A program made the translations under genes and the position numbers. A DNA stretch of 64,000 bases from Bacteroidia bacterium. Its GTDB lineage: Bacteria > Bacteroidota > Bacteroidia > M30B66. Shown here one piece after another: positions 52,009 to 62,659 of this stretch (position 1 is the first letter of the stretch; each line of letters begins with the position of its first letter). Where the stretch lies: contig OZ257142.1 of the NCBI GenBank assembly GCA_965279035.1, forward strand, positions 3,424,001-3,488,000, given 5' to 3'. The notes under the pieces are model-generated. The model worked only from the letters and a program-made list of their open reading frames with translations, searched no databases and was not told the DNA's origin.

Positions 52009-52386
52009 CTAAGTTCTAGTGGCAGCATTTCCATTTATGTCAAAGAAATAATTTTCGCCTGTTGGAACTCCGTCTTTGTAAAAAACGATTTCTTTTATTA
52101 CACCATTCTCAAAATATTCAATATTTTTTCCCTGATATTTCTCGTCCACAATTTCACCTCGTTTGTCGTAACCCAAGTAATAATAAAACCCTTCTGCTCG
52201 TTTTGTTCCGTCCTTAAACAAGTATTGGTAAGGTTTTCCTTCTCCGTCAAAATATTCTTCCGTTACAGTTTCTAATTCCTTGTTGTGTTTGTCTATCTGC
52301 TCAATTAGCCGCTTTGCCTCTGCACTGTTTTTAAACTCATCAGAGTTGGTGTTTTTGTTTCGTTTTAAAAAGTCAAAGAGTCCCAT
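52009..52386 (-). CDS. Hypothetical protein with MORN-variant-like repeats
   Basis: MGLFDFLKR; YFENGVIK..YKDG..G. Confidence 0.6.
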   Translation of the reverse strand: MGLFDFLKRNKNTNSDEFKNSAEAKRLIEQIDKHNKELETVTEEYFDGEGKPYQYLFKDGTKRAEGFYYYLGYDKRGEIVDEKYQGKNIEYFENGVIKEIVFYKDGVPTGENYFFDINGNAATRT

Positions 52387-52452
52387 GGTTGTAATTTTAA
52401 GTATTTGTCAAAGTTAATTTCTTGCTGAATGTTTCAAATTAGCCCAGTTGCT

Positions 52453-52905
52453 TCAAATCCTGTCCAACATTGACTTGTCAATTATTTCCTTTAATTCGTT
52501 TTTGTCATCGTCACTAAGCCCTAAGACAAAGCTATTCATAATCTCAATGGCGTCTAAAATCTCTAATCTTGATTTGATAAACCCTTTCTTCTTAATTGTA
52601 TTATAAAGTTTAATCTTCTTATTAATAAAAGCAACACCATCTTCACCCATTTTGTCTTTTAGAAAATTTAACGCACTAAGTTGTTCGTCTTTTGTAAGCG
52701 AATTATTTCCAATTATCAGGTTGTTAATTATGTTGTCAAATATCCTCATTCTTCTTAAACTCCCGCTTTGTATTCGCTGCTCCAACTCTTTGTTTGAAGC
52801 ATCTCTATAAGGGAATATTTTATCAATTTTATTCAGTTCTAAAAACTCCATAAAATAATTGGCTCGCCTCACTAAAAATTCAAATTCATGATTCTTTTGT
52901 TGCAT
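52453..52905 (-). CDS. Hypothetical protein
   Basis: 150-aa ORF co-oriented within a multigene cassette. Confidence 0.6.
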   Translation of the reverse strand: MQQKNHEFEFLVRRANYFMEFLELNKIDKIFPYRDASNKELEQRIQSGSLRRMRIFDNIINNLIIGNNSLTKDEQLSALNFLKDKMGEDGVAFINKKIKLYNTIKKKGFIKSRLEILDAIEIMNSFVLGLSDDDKNELKEIIDKSMLDRI

Positions 52906-52933
52906 AATTTTTCCAGGTCGTTATTATTAGTCA

Positions 52934-53308
52934 TTACTTGAATTGATAATCATATTGATATTTCTTGTCCAATTTAAAAAACTGTCCGCTTGAACCTGAA
53001 CCAAAAACTTTTCCATTTGTGCATAATATAATTGTTTTGTCGCTACATACAATCAGTATTTCATCCCAATTTGCACCTTTCCAAGGTCCGTCCATTTCGG
53101 ATTCGTTAAGGTCTATCACAAAGGTTTTAATTGAGTCCTTGTCAGAAATAAGTTTTGTAAACTGTTGGGCGGCACGATGAGTTGTAATAGATATTTGATT
53201 TACTGTTTCATAATTTATCATTCCGTTAATTTCAGAAAAGGTCTTGCTGGACATACAACTACTTAAAGAAATAATTGTCAGCAGTAATGGCATTAAAAGT
53301 TTGTTCAT
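52934..53308 (-). CDS. Hypothetical lipoprotein
   Basis: LSSC lipobox. Confidence 0.7.
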   Translation of the reverse strand: MNKLLMPLLLTIISLSSCMSSKTFSEINGMINYETVNQISITTHRAAQQFTKLISDKDSIKTFVIDLNESEMDGPWKGANWDEILIVCSDKTIILCTNGKVFGSGSSGQFFKLDKKYQYDYQFK

Positions 53309-53332
53309 TGCTCGTCTGTTTAAGTTCTTAAT

Positions 53333-54247
53333 TTAATCTCTGCACCACACCTCATTTACTTTGTTTGTTGTAGTGTCAAAATGCACTGTCATAAAGAATA
53401 ACCAAGTTCCACCCAAACCTAATGGTCCATTTTTTTTCCCCAAGTCAACCTCATAAACTAAAGGTGATGTCGTGTCACTTGCAGTTGGGCTTCCCAACAT
53501 TTGCAAAACATCTGATTTTGATTTACCAATTAAAATACTGTCAGCAATAAGTTTGTCAACCATTTCGCCTCTTACTCTTCTGTCGCCATTCAACCATTTT
53601 GCTTTGTCAAAGTTTAAGGCAACACCATTAAGATATTTTCTTACCCAAACTTCACCTCCTTTGTTCTTGTAAGCAATTAGCCCTTCTTTTTTTGTCCAAT
53701 AAAGTTCTGTAACATCACTTTCGTTTTTTATTCTTTCAGGATAGCTGTGTTTAATCAGATAATAATTCCAAAACTTACTGTCGTTTAACTTTACTGTGTC
53801 TGTATGCAGTTCGCCTATTGTTAAATCGTGTTTTGAGTAAAATCCTTTAAAGTTAAAACTGAACTCAAGTTGTTTGGGTTTTGGCGACTTTGATATGGAA
53901 AACAAACTTTGATAGTCAATTTTTGTTTTTGCATTTACTGTTGAAGTTCCATGCCAAATGTCAACAGGAAGATGTTTAATTAGGTACGATAAATTATTTG
54001 TTGGTCTTGGTGACATAAAAAATCCTCCTCCTTTAACCTGCTCCGAAAGAGTATCAATAATCAATAATGTGTCAATGTCATGCAAGTTGCTTTCGTAATA
54101 AATTGTATCACCCAGATGCAATGAAGAAGCAAATGTTAACTCGTCATTTGAGAAATCAAAATCTTTTTGGTCATAAGAGTTGCAAGCAGACAATAGGGCT
54201 GTCAAAAGTGTGAATACTATAAACGTTGTCTTGCTGTTATTTTTCAT
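53333..54247 (-). CDS. Lipoprotein with C-terminal SmpA/OmlA-like region
   Basis: LSAC lipobox; LIGKSKSDVLQMLGSP. Confidence 0.65.
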   Translation of the reverse strand: MKNNSKTTFIVFTLLTALLSACNSYDQKDFDFSNDELTFASSLHLGDTIYYESNLHDIDTLLIIDTLSEQVKGGGFFMSPRPTNNLSYLIKHLPVDIWHGTSTVNAKTKIDYQSLFSISKSPKPKQLEFSFNFKGFYSKHDLTIGELHTDTVKLNDSKFWNYYLIKHSYPERIKNESDVTELYWTKKEGLIAYKNKGGEVWVRKYLNGVALNFDKAKWLNGDRRVRGEMVDKLIADSILIGKSKSDVLQMLGSPTASDTTSPLVYEVDLGKKNGPLGLGGTWLFFMTVHFDTTTNKVNEVWCRD

Positions 54248-54317
54248 TGTGGTTGTAACTGTTCATTTATTGCAGGATGTTCAAAGTTAGCACTGTCGCC
54301 AATTGGTTGCGTATAAC

Positions 54318-55582
54318 CTTTAGACTTGCAGTCAAAGATTTTAGCTGATAAATTTACCATAAATAAATGTAGTTAACCGAAAGCAGGGCGACCTATGCGC
54401 TAACAAGGATAATAGGCCTATGGAACGATATAGTGCCCTACTTTCTGGTTATTTAAGCCTCAGATAGATATTCGGGATTCAGGCCCATTATAAAGGTTTT
54501 GAGGTACAAATAACCATTGGTTAATCCGTTTTGCTAATTATAAAATTATGAATTCAAACCAGAACAACCAAAAACATTTTGTAGGAACAGATGTTTCAAA
54601 AGAAACACTTGATGTAACGATCTTTTTCAACTCCTCAATGCATTTTCATCAGCAATTTTCAAATGACAGCAAGGGCTTTAAGCAATTGCTGAAATGGCTA
54701 GAAACCTATCCTGAATTCAGTTTTGAAAATACTTTATTCTGCATGGAACATACAGGAATTTACACTCGTCAGTTTGTTGAATTCCTCCTTTCGAAAGAAG
54801 CAAAGGTATGGATGGAGTCGGCACTGCATTTAAAGCGTTCTATGGGCATGACAAGGGGCAAAAGTGATAAGATCGATTCACTGCGAATTGCACGCTATGC
54901 AATGACTCATCAGGACCAAGCCAGGCTCGTAAATCTTTCCAATAAAACATTGTTGCTTATCAAAGACCTTATGAGTGCAAGAGAGCGGAGTAAAAAGGCC
55001 TACCAGTCCATAAAAGTCTCCATTGATGAAATGCAAAGAGTCGATGCAGCAACAGCAAAAGAGCTCTTGAGGATTAATAAACCAGCCCTTTCTGGATTAT
55101 TGAAAAGCAAGATGGCGTTGGAAAAACGGATGATGGAATTAATAGCGATGGATCCTGAACTGAACGAGCTATTTGAGCTGGTTACTTCTGTCAAAGGTGT
55201 GGGTAATGTATTGGCAACCGAACTGATTGTTTATACACATGCATTTAAAAGAATGGATGAAGCCAAACAACTGGCCTGCTATTGCGGAGTCGCTCCTTTT
55301 TCTCATACTTCCGGCACGAGTGTGCATGGAAGAAATGGAACTTCAAACTTTGCTAACATGGGACTTAAATCAACTTTACACTTGGCTGCACTTTCTTCAA
55401 TTCGTTACGTACCTGAGCTTAAAACATATTATCAGAGGAAAGTAGCTGAGGGAAAATCCAAAATGAGCGTAATTAATGCCGTGCGGAATAAACTGTTGCA
55501 ACGTGTCTTAGCAGTGGTAAAAAGAGGAACGCCTTACCAAGAAAATTATCAAGTAAATTAATTTGGAAAACTCATAGATATC
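54318..55582 (+). mobile_element. IS110 copy 5 in attC-like site 13 (bridge RNA ~54335-54524)
   Basis: Same ends; target GTATAAC|GTTCCG. Confidence 0.95.
54548..55561 (+). CDS. IS110 recombinase
   Basis: Identical translation to copy 1. Confidence 0.95.
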   Translation: MNSNQNNQKHFVGTDVSKETLDVTIFFNSSMHFHQQFSNDSKGFKQLLKWLETYPEFSFENTLFCMEHTGIYTRQFVEFLLSKEAKVWMESALHLKRSMGMTRGKSDKIDSLRIARYAMTHQDQARLVNLSNKTLLLIKDLMSARERSKKAYQSIKVSIDEMQRVDAATAKELLRINKPALSGLLKSKMALEKRMMELIAMDPELNELFELVTSVKGVGNVLATELIVYTHAFKRMDEAKQLACYCGVAPFSHTSGTSVHGRNGTSNFANMGLKSTLHLAALSSIRYVPELKTYYQRKVAEGKSKMSVINAVRNKLLQRVLAVVKRGTPYQENYQVN

Positions 55583-55704
55583 GTTCCGCACACACCTGAA
55601 GAGCCAAATGAGATGAACGGAATGCTTTAGATTAGACGAATATAACAAGAAAAACGAATGCCTCAAACTCCCGAAATGCTTGGCTTTGCTGGTGTGTGCT
55701 GTTA
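55582..55704 (-). repeat. attC-like site 13 (interrupted by IS110)
   Basis: Resident family repeat. Confidence 0.9.
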
Positions 55705-55717
55705 TGCCATGTGCAAA

Positions 55718-55885
55718 TTATGCTTTGACTTTCTTCTTTTTATCAGCCGGTTTTCTTGATAAAATACGGTTACGTTCAATTCGTTTTTGAGCAAAGTAAT
55801 TACTCAGTGCTAATTCTTCTTCTTTTGTTAATTTATCTTGCCCTCCGATGAAATCAACATCTAATTCAACAGATTTCTTTTTCAT
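55718..55885 (-). CDS. Small 55-aa basic protein, partner of the upstream GNAT-like gene
   Basis: Manual translation MKKKSVELDVDFIGGQDKLTKEEELALSNYFAQKRIERNRILSRKPADKKKKVKA; starts 2 nt after the upstream stop. Confidence 0.65.
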   Translation of the reverse strand: MKKKSVELDVDFIGGQDKLTKEEELALSNYFAQKRIERNRILSRKPADKKKKVKA

Positions 55886-55887
55886 GA

Positions 55888-56418
55888 TTAAAAAATTGGG
55901 AAATATTTACCAATCAATTTCAAAGCTGCTTGAGTCTCAATAATCATAACACGATTACTTAAATGAAATGCACCAAGTGTCTTTTCATAATGTTCTATTA
56001 ATTGTGATTTCGATAAAAATGAAATAGCTCCTTGAAATCCTCTTTGAAATGACAATTTGCATGCAAATGCTACTAAATTGCCAGGCACGCCATTATACAT
56101 TTTATTCTTTCCTTTATTAAAATGCGCACTTTCTATTAAGTGCATATAAACATGATCAGGTTTTACTTCGATACTAACTAATCCTTGAATTATATTTGGA
56201 TTACCGACAATCGTTAATTTAAAAACTTCTCTTAATGGATTCTTAAGTTCAAGTTTCCAATCAAAATCCCAGTCCTTTTTTTTGCTTATTGCTTTAATAT
56301 CAACTGCTGTCAATACAGAAACCTCCGTTTGAAAACTATCGCCAGAAATAGTATTTTCAATCGAATTGGTCAACTTATCGACTATAAAGTCTAATCCAGT
56401 ATCTTTTTGATGTTTCAC
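55888..56418 (-). CDS. GNAT-fold-like protein (possible toxin)
   Basis: VYMHLIESA, YNGVPGNLVAFACKLS, LIEHYEKTLGA. Confidence 0.55.
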   Translation of the reverse strand: MKHQKDTGLDFIVDKLTNSIENTISGDSFQTEVSVLTAVDIKAISKKKDWDFDWKLELKNPLREVFKLTIVGNPNIIQGLVSIEVKPDHVYMHLIESAHFNKGKNKMYNGVPGNLVAFACKLSFQRGFQGAISFLSKSQLIEHYEKTLGAFHLSNRVMIIETQAALKLIGKYFPIF

Positions 56419-56486
56419 AAGTGAAAGTTAAGCATTACAAATTGTACTGCCAAATCTCATCTTGTCGATATCATTTGCATTGGGCA

Positions 56487-56612
56487 TAACGTTTTGCAGC
56501 TACCCGAAGGGCGGGACTTTTACCACAAAACTTGATTTGAAAAGCTAAAGTTTGATTAACCACAAAACTGTCATTGGAACACGAAACCCCGCTTTTTGGG
56601 TAGGTGCTGTTA
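56487..56612 (-). repeat. attC-like site 14 (divergent)
   Basis: TAAC-GTTTT-GCAGCTACCCGAAGGGCGGG...CCCGCTTTTTGGGTAGGTGC-T-GTTA. Confidence 0.9.
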
Positions 56613-56752
56613 GGTGCTGGCGTTCTGTCTGTCGTTGCTCTGTTGTCCATTGTTTGCAGTGTCTTTGGTGCGTTGGCTTGGTGGCTCTTTTGCATTTTTT
56701 GTTTGGCTTTGTGCGTTTGAAAAAAATGCAAATGTGCCACCAAATGCGTTGG

Positions 56753-59700
56753 CTATTGTCCTTCAATTATTTTCTGTTCTTCTGGTGTAATGTCGTAAAG
56801 CTTATAAACTAATTGGTCAATTTTCCTTTCAAGGTCGGTAGTTGAAGTTCCTTTTTTGCTTATTATTTTTCTACCAAATCTATAAATGGTTGTTGTTCTG
56901 TTGGGCTAATTTTTTTAACAGGAATTTCTGTCAGTGGTGTATAATACAACTCTAAACTTTCTCCTTTTCTTTTGCCTTTATTGTAAAGCCAAAAGAAGTA
57001 AAGTTTTGAATTTAACAATGCAAGAATATATTTGAGACTAAAGTCTTTTTTTGCATTGGTTATATAGTAAACATCTGCACTAGAATACCATATACTATTG
57101 TTGTAACCAAAAACATTCGATTTAGTCCTTTGAGGGCAAACAATTTTTTCACCTTCAAAAACTGATTTTGTTCTTGCTGCAAAAATAACCCACCATTTAC
57201 CAAGTTTTACTGCCGCTTGCATTTCTCCTCTTTCTTGGCTTCTGTTTTTTATTACAGCCTCAAACTTTTCAAAATGTTTTTTAATTGTTGGATAATTTCC
57301 TATTTAAATATCCCTTGTTGCATATATTACTTGATACTTTGATTCATCAGAAGTCCAATATTTGTGAATGTCAGAGTTCTTAAACCAAGGTCTAATTAAT
57401 TCTAATTCTTGTTTTGAAAATTTTTTATTATTTACTTCTTCATTTGTAAGAACATAAACACCTTGATTGATATTTTCAACTTGTGTTAGTTCATTTTCAA
57501 TATGCTTATTTGAAATTCTATCCACGCCACTTAAAATTCCTTGACTAATGTCACAAATTTCAATTAACGGAGTTCCTTGATCAATTATTTTATTGAAAAT
57601 TGAATTATCTTTAGTAGAATTTTCTTTATTTCCTAAGCCCTGTAAGCGGATATAATTGTTTGTCGTTTCATATAGTTCAGTTTGTGGTGCTAAATAAATT
57701 TTTGAATTTTCGTTCTGTGCTGAGATAACTTTATCAAACAGTTCTTGATTACAGTCGCCAGTTTCAGATGTTACAAGATTATGTGCTAGTGAAGTAGCAT
57801 TTATTCCTTTGGTTAAAAATGTTATTAAGTTATGTTGACCTTTAGCAGATTCAAATATTCTTAGCTCATTCAAATTAACTAAACCGTTTATAGTTGCACT
57901 ATTTTTAAAGTCGGTTCGTAAATTTTCACCTCCGTCACTTGTTAAATAGTAGTTTGTTGTGATGTAAGCCAGTTTCCCATTTTCTTTAAGCAATTGCAGT
58001 CCCAAATGAAAAAAGAAATAAAATATATCCATTTTCCTTTGATAAAAATTTGCAAGGTTGCCTTGGCGAATAATTCTGAATACTTCTTTATGACCTTTTT
58101 CTCCGATGTATGGTGGATTTCCAATTATAGCGTCAAAGCCTTCAAATTCGCCATTATTATTAAGAACTTCTGGAAATTCAAATCGCCATTCAAATGCACT
58201 TTTATAGATTACGTTATTTTTTATTTCCTCAATTTCTTTGGAAAGAATATTGATGTCAGCTTCTAATTTTATTTGATTATCCTTTTGTATCTTTTTCTGT
58301 TTACTATCAAGTTCAAATAATTTTCCTTGATTTAGCAAATTAAAAAGGTCTCCGCTAAGTTTTCTGAGTTTAATTTGTTTGGGGTCATTGTTGCCAATTT
58401 CAGTTCGAAAATCAGATTTAATACTGTCAATGATTTTTTGCAAACCTCTTTTAACATCACGACTTTTTTCGTTTTTGTAATCGTTTACAAATCCTCTGTA
58501 TGCTTTTACATCGTATTTGATGCTTTTCAAAGCTTTGCTTAAATCTGAATCAAACGTAAACCTACTTAACAAACTATTTCCACATTTAATATTGATGTCA
58601 ATATTTGGAAGTGTTTCAAGTTCAGCATAATTCGTTTCTGCTTTGTAATAAGCATTTTTTAAAAGCTCTATCCACAAACGTAAACGGCAAATTTTTACGG
58701 AGTTTGGATTGATATCAACGCCAAACAAGCAGTTTTCGATTATTGTTTGCTTTTCGTGGAAAAGTGTTTTTTGAATCCTATTGCTTTCTTTATTTAATGG
58801 ATTGTATGCAAAAATGTTGCTGTTTTCATCAGTAATAATAAGTTCATCATTTATTATTTCAATTTCATAATCTCTAAGAGTTTTCCCTTTCTCGTCCATT
58901 AGTATACCGAGTTCACTTTTTACCGCTATTATTTCGTTAAGTGCAGAAACTAAAAAGTGACCAGAGCCGACTGCTGGGTCGCAAATTTTAATTGAATTAA
59001 TTATTTCGTTTGCTTCTTTTTTGTCTTCAATTTTATTGTAAAGTTCATCGAATTGCTTAATGTTCCATTTTTTATTTACATTGAATTTCTCAACAACAGC
59101 AAGGCGAATTGATTGTTTACACATATACATCGTGATAAATGCTGGCGTGAAAATCGAACCGTCTTTGTAACCATTAATTTTTTCAAATACTTTACCAAGA
59201 ACCGAGGCATTAATAATTGTTTTATTGTCTTCTTGAACATCTTCAGTTCCTTCACTTGCAAAGTCGTAAGCATCTAAAAACTGAAAAAGATAATCCAAAG
59301 TGGGCAGCGAAGCTGCCTTCTTTTTTGTATCTTTTAATATTGTTGTTCCAATTATTTCAAGTTGTCCGTTGTTATCAAGTGAATTTATTTTAATCGTTAA
59401 GTCTTCTAATTCGCTTATCTCAAAAAGTGAACTATTTAAGTATGGAACTTTGCTATACTTAATTTTAATTGCATCAGTTCTTTCTGTTAGATTTATAGCT
59501 AAAACTTTATGAAACAGTTTAAACAATTCATCAAAATCATTTATCATTGATGAATTTAGGAAGCGATACTCCTTATTACCTTGATGATAAGTTATGAGTT
59601 GACCTTCTAATAATTTTAGAAACAGGATTCTGTTTATCCAAGTAATACAAAGCTCAAGCGAAATATTATATATCCTTTCTTCTTTATTTTCTCCATATAA

Positions 59701-60621
59701 AGATTGGTCGGGAATTCTATGTAAAACATCTTCTGTATTTAATGCTTCTATAGTTGCTTCAAAAAGTGAAGCTAGGTTCCGGTTTTCTTTTTTACGCCTA
59801 ATTATATTCCTACCACCTTCCTTAACTTCTTCAAGTCCGATTATGTGAAGTAGTTCTCTATAGAACTTTTCGTTAAGAGAGTTACTATCGTTTGGTGTTG
59901 CTACTTTTAATAAGTGTGTTGGTGAAAGAATTTTGAATAATGCAATTAATTCTTTGTCGTCCTCTTTATTGTTGTTTCTTAAAACCTTATCATATTCTCT
60001 GATGTCGAAGTAAACACAAGGTATTTCAACTTCAATTTTGGCAACTATTTTGGCTATTTCTTCATAAAAAAACGGGTTATCTTTTTTGTCGTTGAGTTTG
60101 GTTTCGTATAGTTTTTTTATTTGTGTATTTCGGTAAATATGTTTGTCGAAATAATTTGCGTCAATAATAAACCATTGGTTTACATTGGTCATTACCAACT
60201 GTTTTAGTTGGTTGTTTCCTGCTTGGTTTCTCTCGTCTAAGTAATAAAGTATAAGTTCGTGAAGTGCTTTTTTGTTAGGGTTGTCAGCCGTTACCATTTC
60301 ACCAATATTGGTAGGCCGTTTGGCTTCTATAATTACTCCAACCTCGCTGTCAGTTGTCTTGCCGAGATGAATTACAAGGTCTTTTTTGTCTTTGGTGTTG
60401 ATTGCGTTGGTGTCACGATAGTATGTGTCCCGCAGAAAGTCACGTAAGTCGTTTTTTAAATGTTCTTCACTTTCGTCTTTAGGTCGTTTTTCTATAACGC
60501 TGATTTTGTCGAGTAAAGCAATGAGGTTTGTTTTAAAAACGTCAATTTCGCTTCTCAAAGGTTTTTGCTTTAAGAAGGCTTTTAGTGCTTTTTTCGGTGT
60601 TTGCGTTATTAGTTTCATCAA
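56753..60621 (-). pseudogene. Type IIG (Eco57I-like) fused restriction-modification enzyme with an in-frame stop and a frameshift
   Basis: IIEAK, ICDPAVGSGHFL, IIGNPPY; in-frame TAA at 57304-57306; frameshift near 56866 before IDQLVYKLYDITPEE tail. Confidence 0.85.
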
Positions 60622-60869
60622 ATTTTCTATGTCAATTATTAAGCTCGCTAAGTTAAGTTTTAAAACCGTTTTTCAGTCCAAAGTTGTCGGCAAATTGTCA
60701 ACCTGCTGAATGTCTTGGTGCGGTTGGGCAAAATTAAATGTGCTGCAATTTGGGTCGGCTTGTGCGGTTGCATTGCAGCTCTTTTAATTTTGCGAAGCGT
60801 TGGCATTTTGTCGTCTGTTTTAATGTTAGTTTGTTGTCTGTTGTGTCGTCCTTTACGCTTGCACCTAAC

Positions 60870-62134
60870 CTTTAGACTTGCAGTCAAAGATTTTAGCTGA
60901 TAAATTTACCATAAATAAATGTAGTTAACCGAAAGCAGGGCGACCTATGCGCTAACAAGGATAATAGGCCTATGGAACGATATAGTGCCCTACTTTCTGG
61001 TTATTTAAGCCTCAGATAGATATTCGGGATTCAGGCCCATTATAAAGGTTTTGAGGTACAAATAACCATTGGTTAATCCGTTTTGCTAATTATAAAATTA
61101 TGAATTCAAACCAGAACAACCAAAAACATTTTGTAGGAACAGATGTTTCAAAAGAAACACTTGATGTAACGATCTTTTTCAACTCCTCAATGCATTTTCA
61201 TCAGCAATTTTCAAATGACAGCAAGGGCTTTAAGCAATTGCTGAAATGGCTAGAAACCTATCCTGAATTCAGTTTTGAAAATACTTTATTCTGCATGGAA
61301 CATACAGGAATTTACACTCGTCAGTTTGTTGAATTCCTCCTTTCGAAAGAAGCAAAGGTATGGATGGAGTCGGCACTGCATTTAAAGCGTTCTATGGGCA
61401 TGACAAGGGGCAAAAGTGATAAGATCGATTCACTGCGAATTGCACGCTATGCAATGACTCATCAGGACCAAGCCAGGCTCGTAAATCTTTCCAATAAAAC
61501 ATTGTTGCTTATCAAAGACCTTATGAGTGCAAGAGAGCGGAGTAAAAAGGCCTACCAGTCCATAAAAGTCTCCATTGATGAAATGCAAAGAGTCGATGCA
61601 GCAACAGCAAAAGAGCTCTTGAGGATTAATAAACCAGCCCTTTCTGGATTATTGAAAAGCAAGATGGCGTTGGAAAAACGGATGATGGAATTAATAGCGA
61701 TGGATCCTGAACTGAACGAGCTATTTGAGCTGGTTACTTCTGTCAAAGGTGTGGGTAATGTATTGGCAACCGAACTGATTGTTTATACACATGCATTTAA
61801 AAGAATGGATGAAGCCAAACAACTGGCCTGCTATTGCGGAGTCGCTCCTTTTTCTCATACTTCCGGCACGAGTGTGCATGGAAGAAATGGAACTTCAAAC
61901 TTTGCTAACATGGGACTTAAATCAACTTTACACTTGGCTGCACTTTCTTCAATTCGTTACGTACCTGAGCTTAAAACATATTATCAGAGGAAAGTAGCTG
62001 AGGGAAAATCCAAAATGAGCGTAATTAATGCCGTGCGGAATAAACTGTTGCAACGTGTCTTAGCAGTGGTAAAAAGAGGAACGCCTTACCAAGAAAATTA
62101 TCAAGTAAATTAATTTGGAAAACTCATAGATATC
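60870..62134 (+). mobile_element. IS110 copy 6 in attC-like site 15 (bridge RNA ~60887-61076)
   Basis: Same ends; target ACCTAAC|GTTCCG. Confidence 0.95.
61100..62113 (+). CDS. IS110 recombinase
   Basis: Identical translation to copy 1. Confidence 0.95.
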   Translation: MNSNQNNQKHFVGTDVSKETLDVTIFFNSSMHFHQQFSNDSKGFKQLLKWLETYPEFSFENTLFCMEHTGIYTRQFVEFLLSKEAKVWMESALHLKRSMGMTRGKSDKIDSLRIARYAMTHQDQARLVNLSNKTLLLIKDLMSARERSKKAYQSIKVSIDEMQRVDAATAKELLRINKPALSGLLKSKMALEKRMMELIAMDPELNELFELVTSVKGVGNVLATELIVYTHAFKRMDEAKQLACYCGVAPFSHTSGTSVHGRNGTSNFANMGLKSTLHLAALSSIRYVPELKTYYQRKVAEGKSKMSVINAVRNKLLQRVLAVVKRGTPYQENYQVN

Positions 62135-62256
62135 GTTCCGCACACACTTGAAGTGCCAAATGAAATGAGCAGAATGCTTTAGATTAAACGAAAGTAACAA
62201 AGAAAACGGATGATTCAATACAGCGGAAAGCTTGGCATTTCTAGTGTGTGCTGTTA
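62134..62256 (-). repeat. attC-like site 15 (diverged resident family, interrupted by IS110)
   Basis: GCACACACT..TGCCAA...TTGGCA..AGTGTGTGC-T-GTTA with compensatory stem changes. Confidence 0.9.
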
Positions 62257-62293
62257 GCAGATGTGCCTAAACTAAAATCTAATCATGATAAAG

Positions 62294-62324
62294 TTTGCAA
62301 TTTGAAAACATTTGATTACTTTTG
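62294..62324 (+). promoter_or_regulatory. Bacteroidetes promoter for higBA
   Basis: TTTG-N19-TACTTTTG, exact consensus. Confidence 0.7.
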
Positions 62325-62328
62325 CCTT

Positions 62329-62655
62329 GTGAAAGTTCTTGTCAAGAAAACGATTCTATTTTATATCAAAAAATATCCAATGGCTGAAACTCAGCTAATG
62401 ATTTGGTATACGGAATTTTCAAGACATCAATTTTCTAATTTCAATGAACTTAAAAAGGTTTATGGAAATGCTAGCATTGTCAATAATAATAGAGTTGTTT
62501 TCAATATTAAAGGCAATGACTTTAGATTGGTAATTTCAATAAACTTTTTACAAGCTGCATCTTATGTGATTTGGTTTGGAACTCATAAAGAATATGATAA
62601 AATTGATGTTCAAACTATTTCTTTCGACACAGCCATTCTAACAAATAAAAAGTGA
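62329..62655 (+). CDS. higB: HigB-family toxin
   Basis: RVVFNIKGNDFRLV, WFGTHKEYDKID; probable GTG start at 62329. Confidence 0.9.
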   Translation: MKVLVKKTILFYIKKYPMAETQLMIWYTEFSRHQFSNFNELKKVYGNASIVNNNRVVFNIKGNDFRLVISINFLQAASYVIWFGTHKEYDKIDVQTISFDTAILTNKK

Positions 62656-62659
62656 AACT

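Noticed and set aside
56471-56812. Small ORFs overlapping site 14 (also 36463-36799 and 60660-60900)
   Set aside because: They cross hairpin sites or low-complexity cassette leaders/trailers and show no recognisable protein features.
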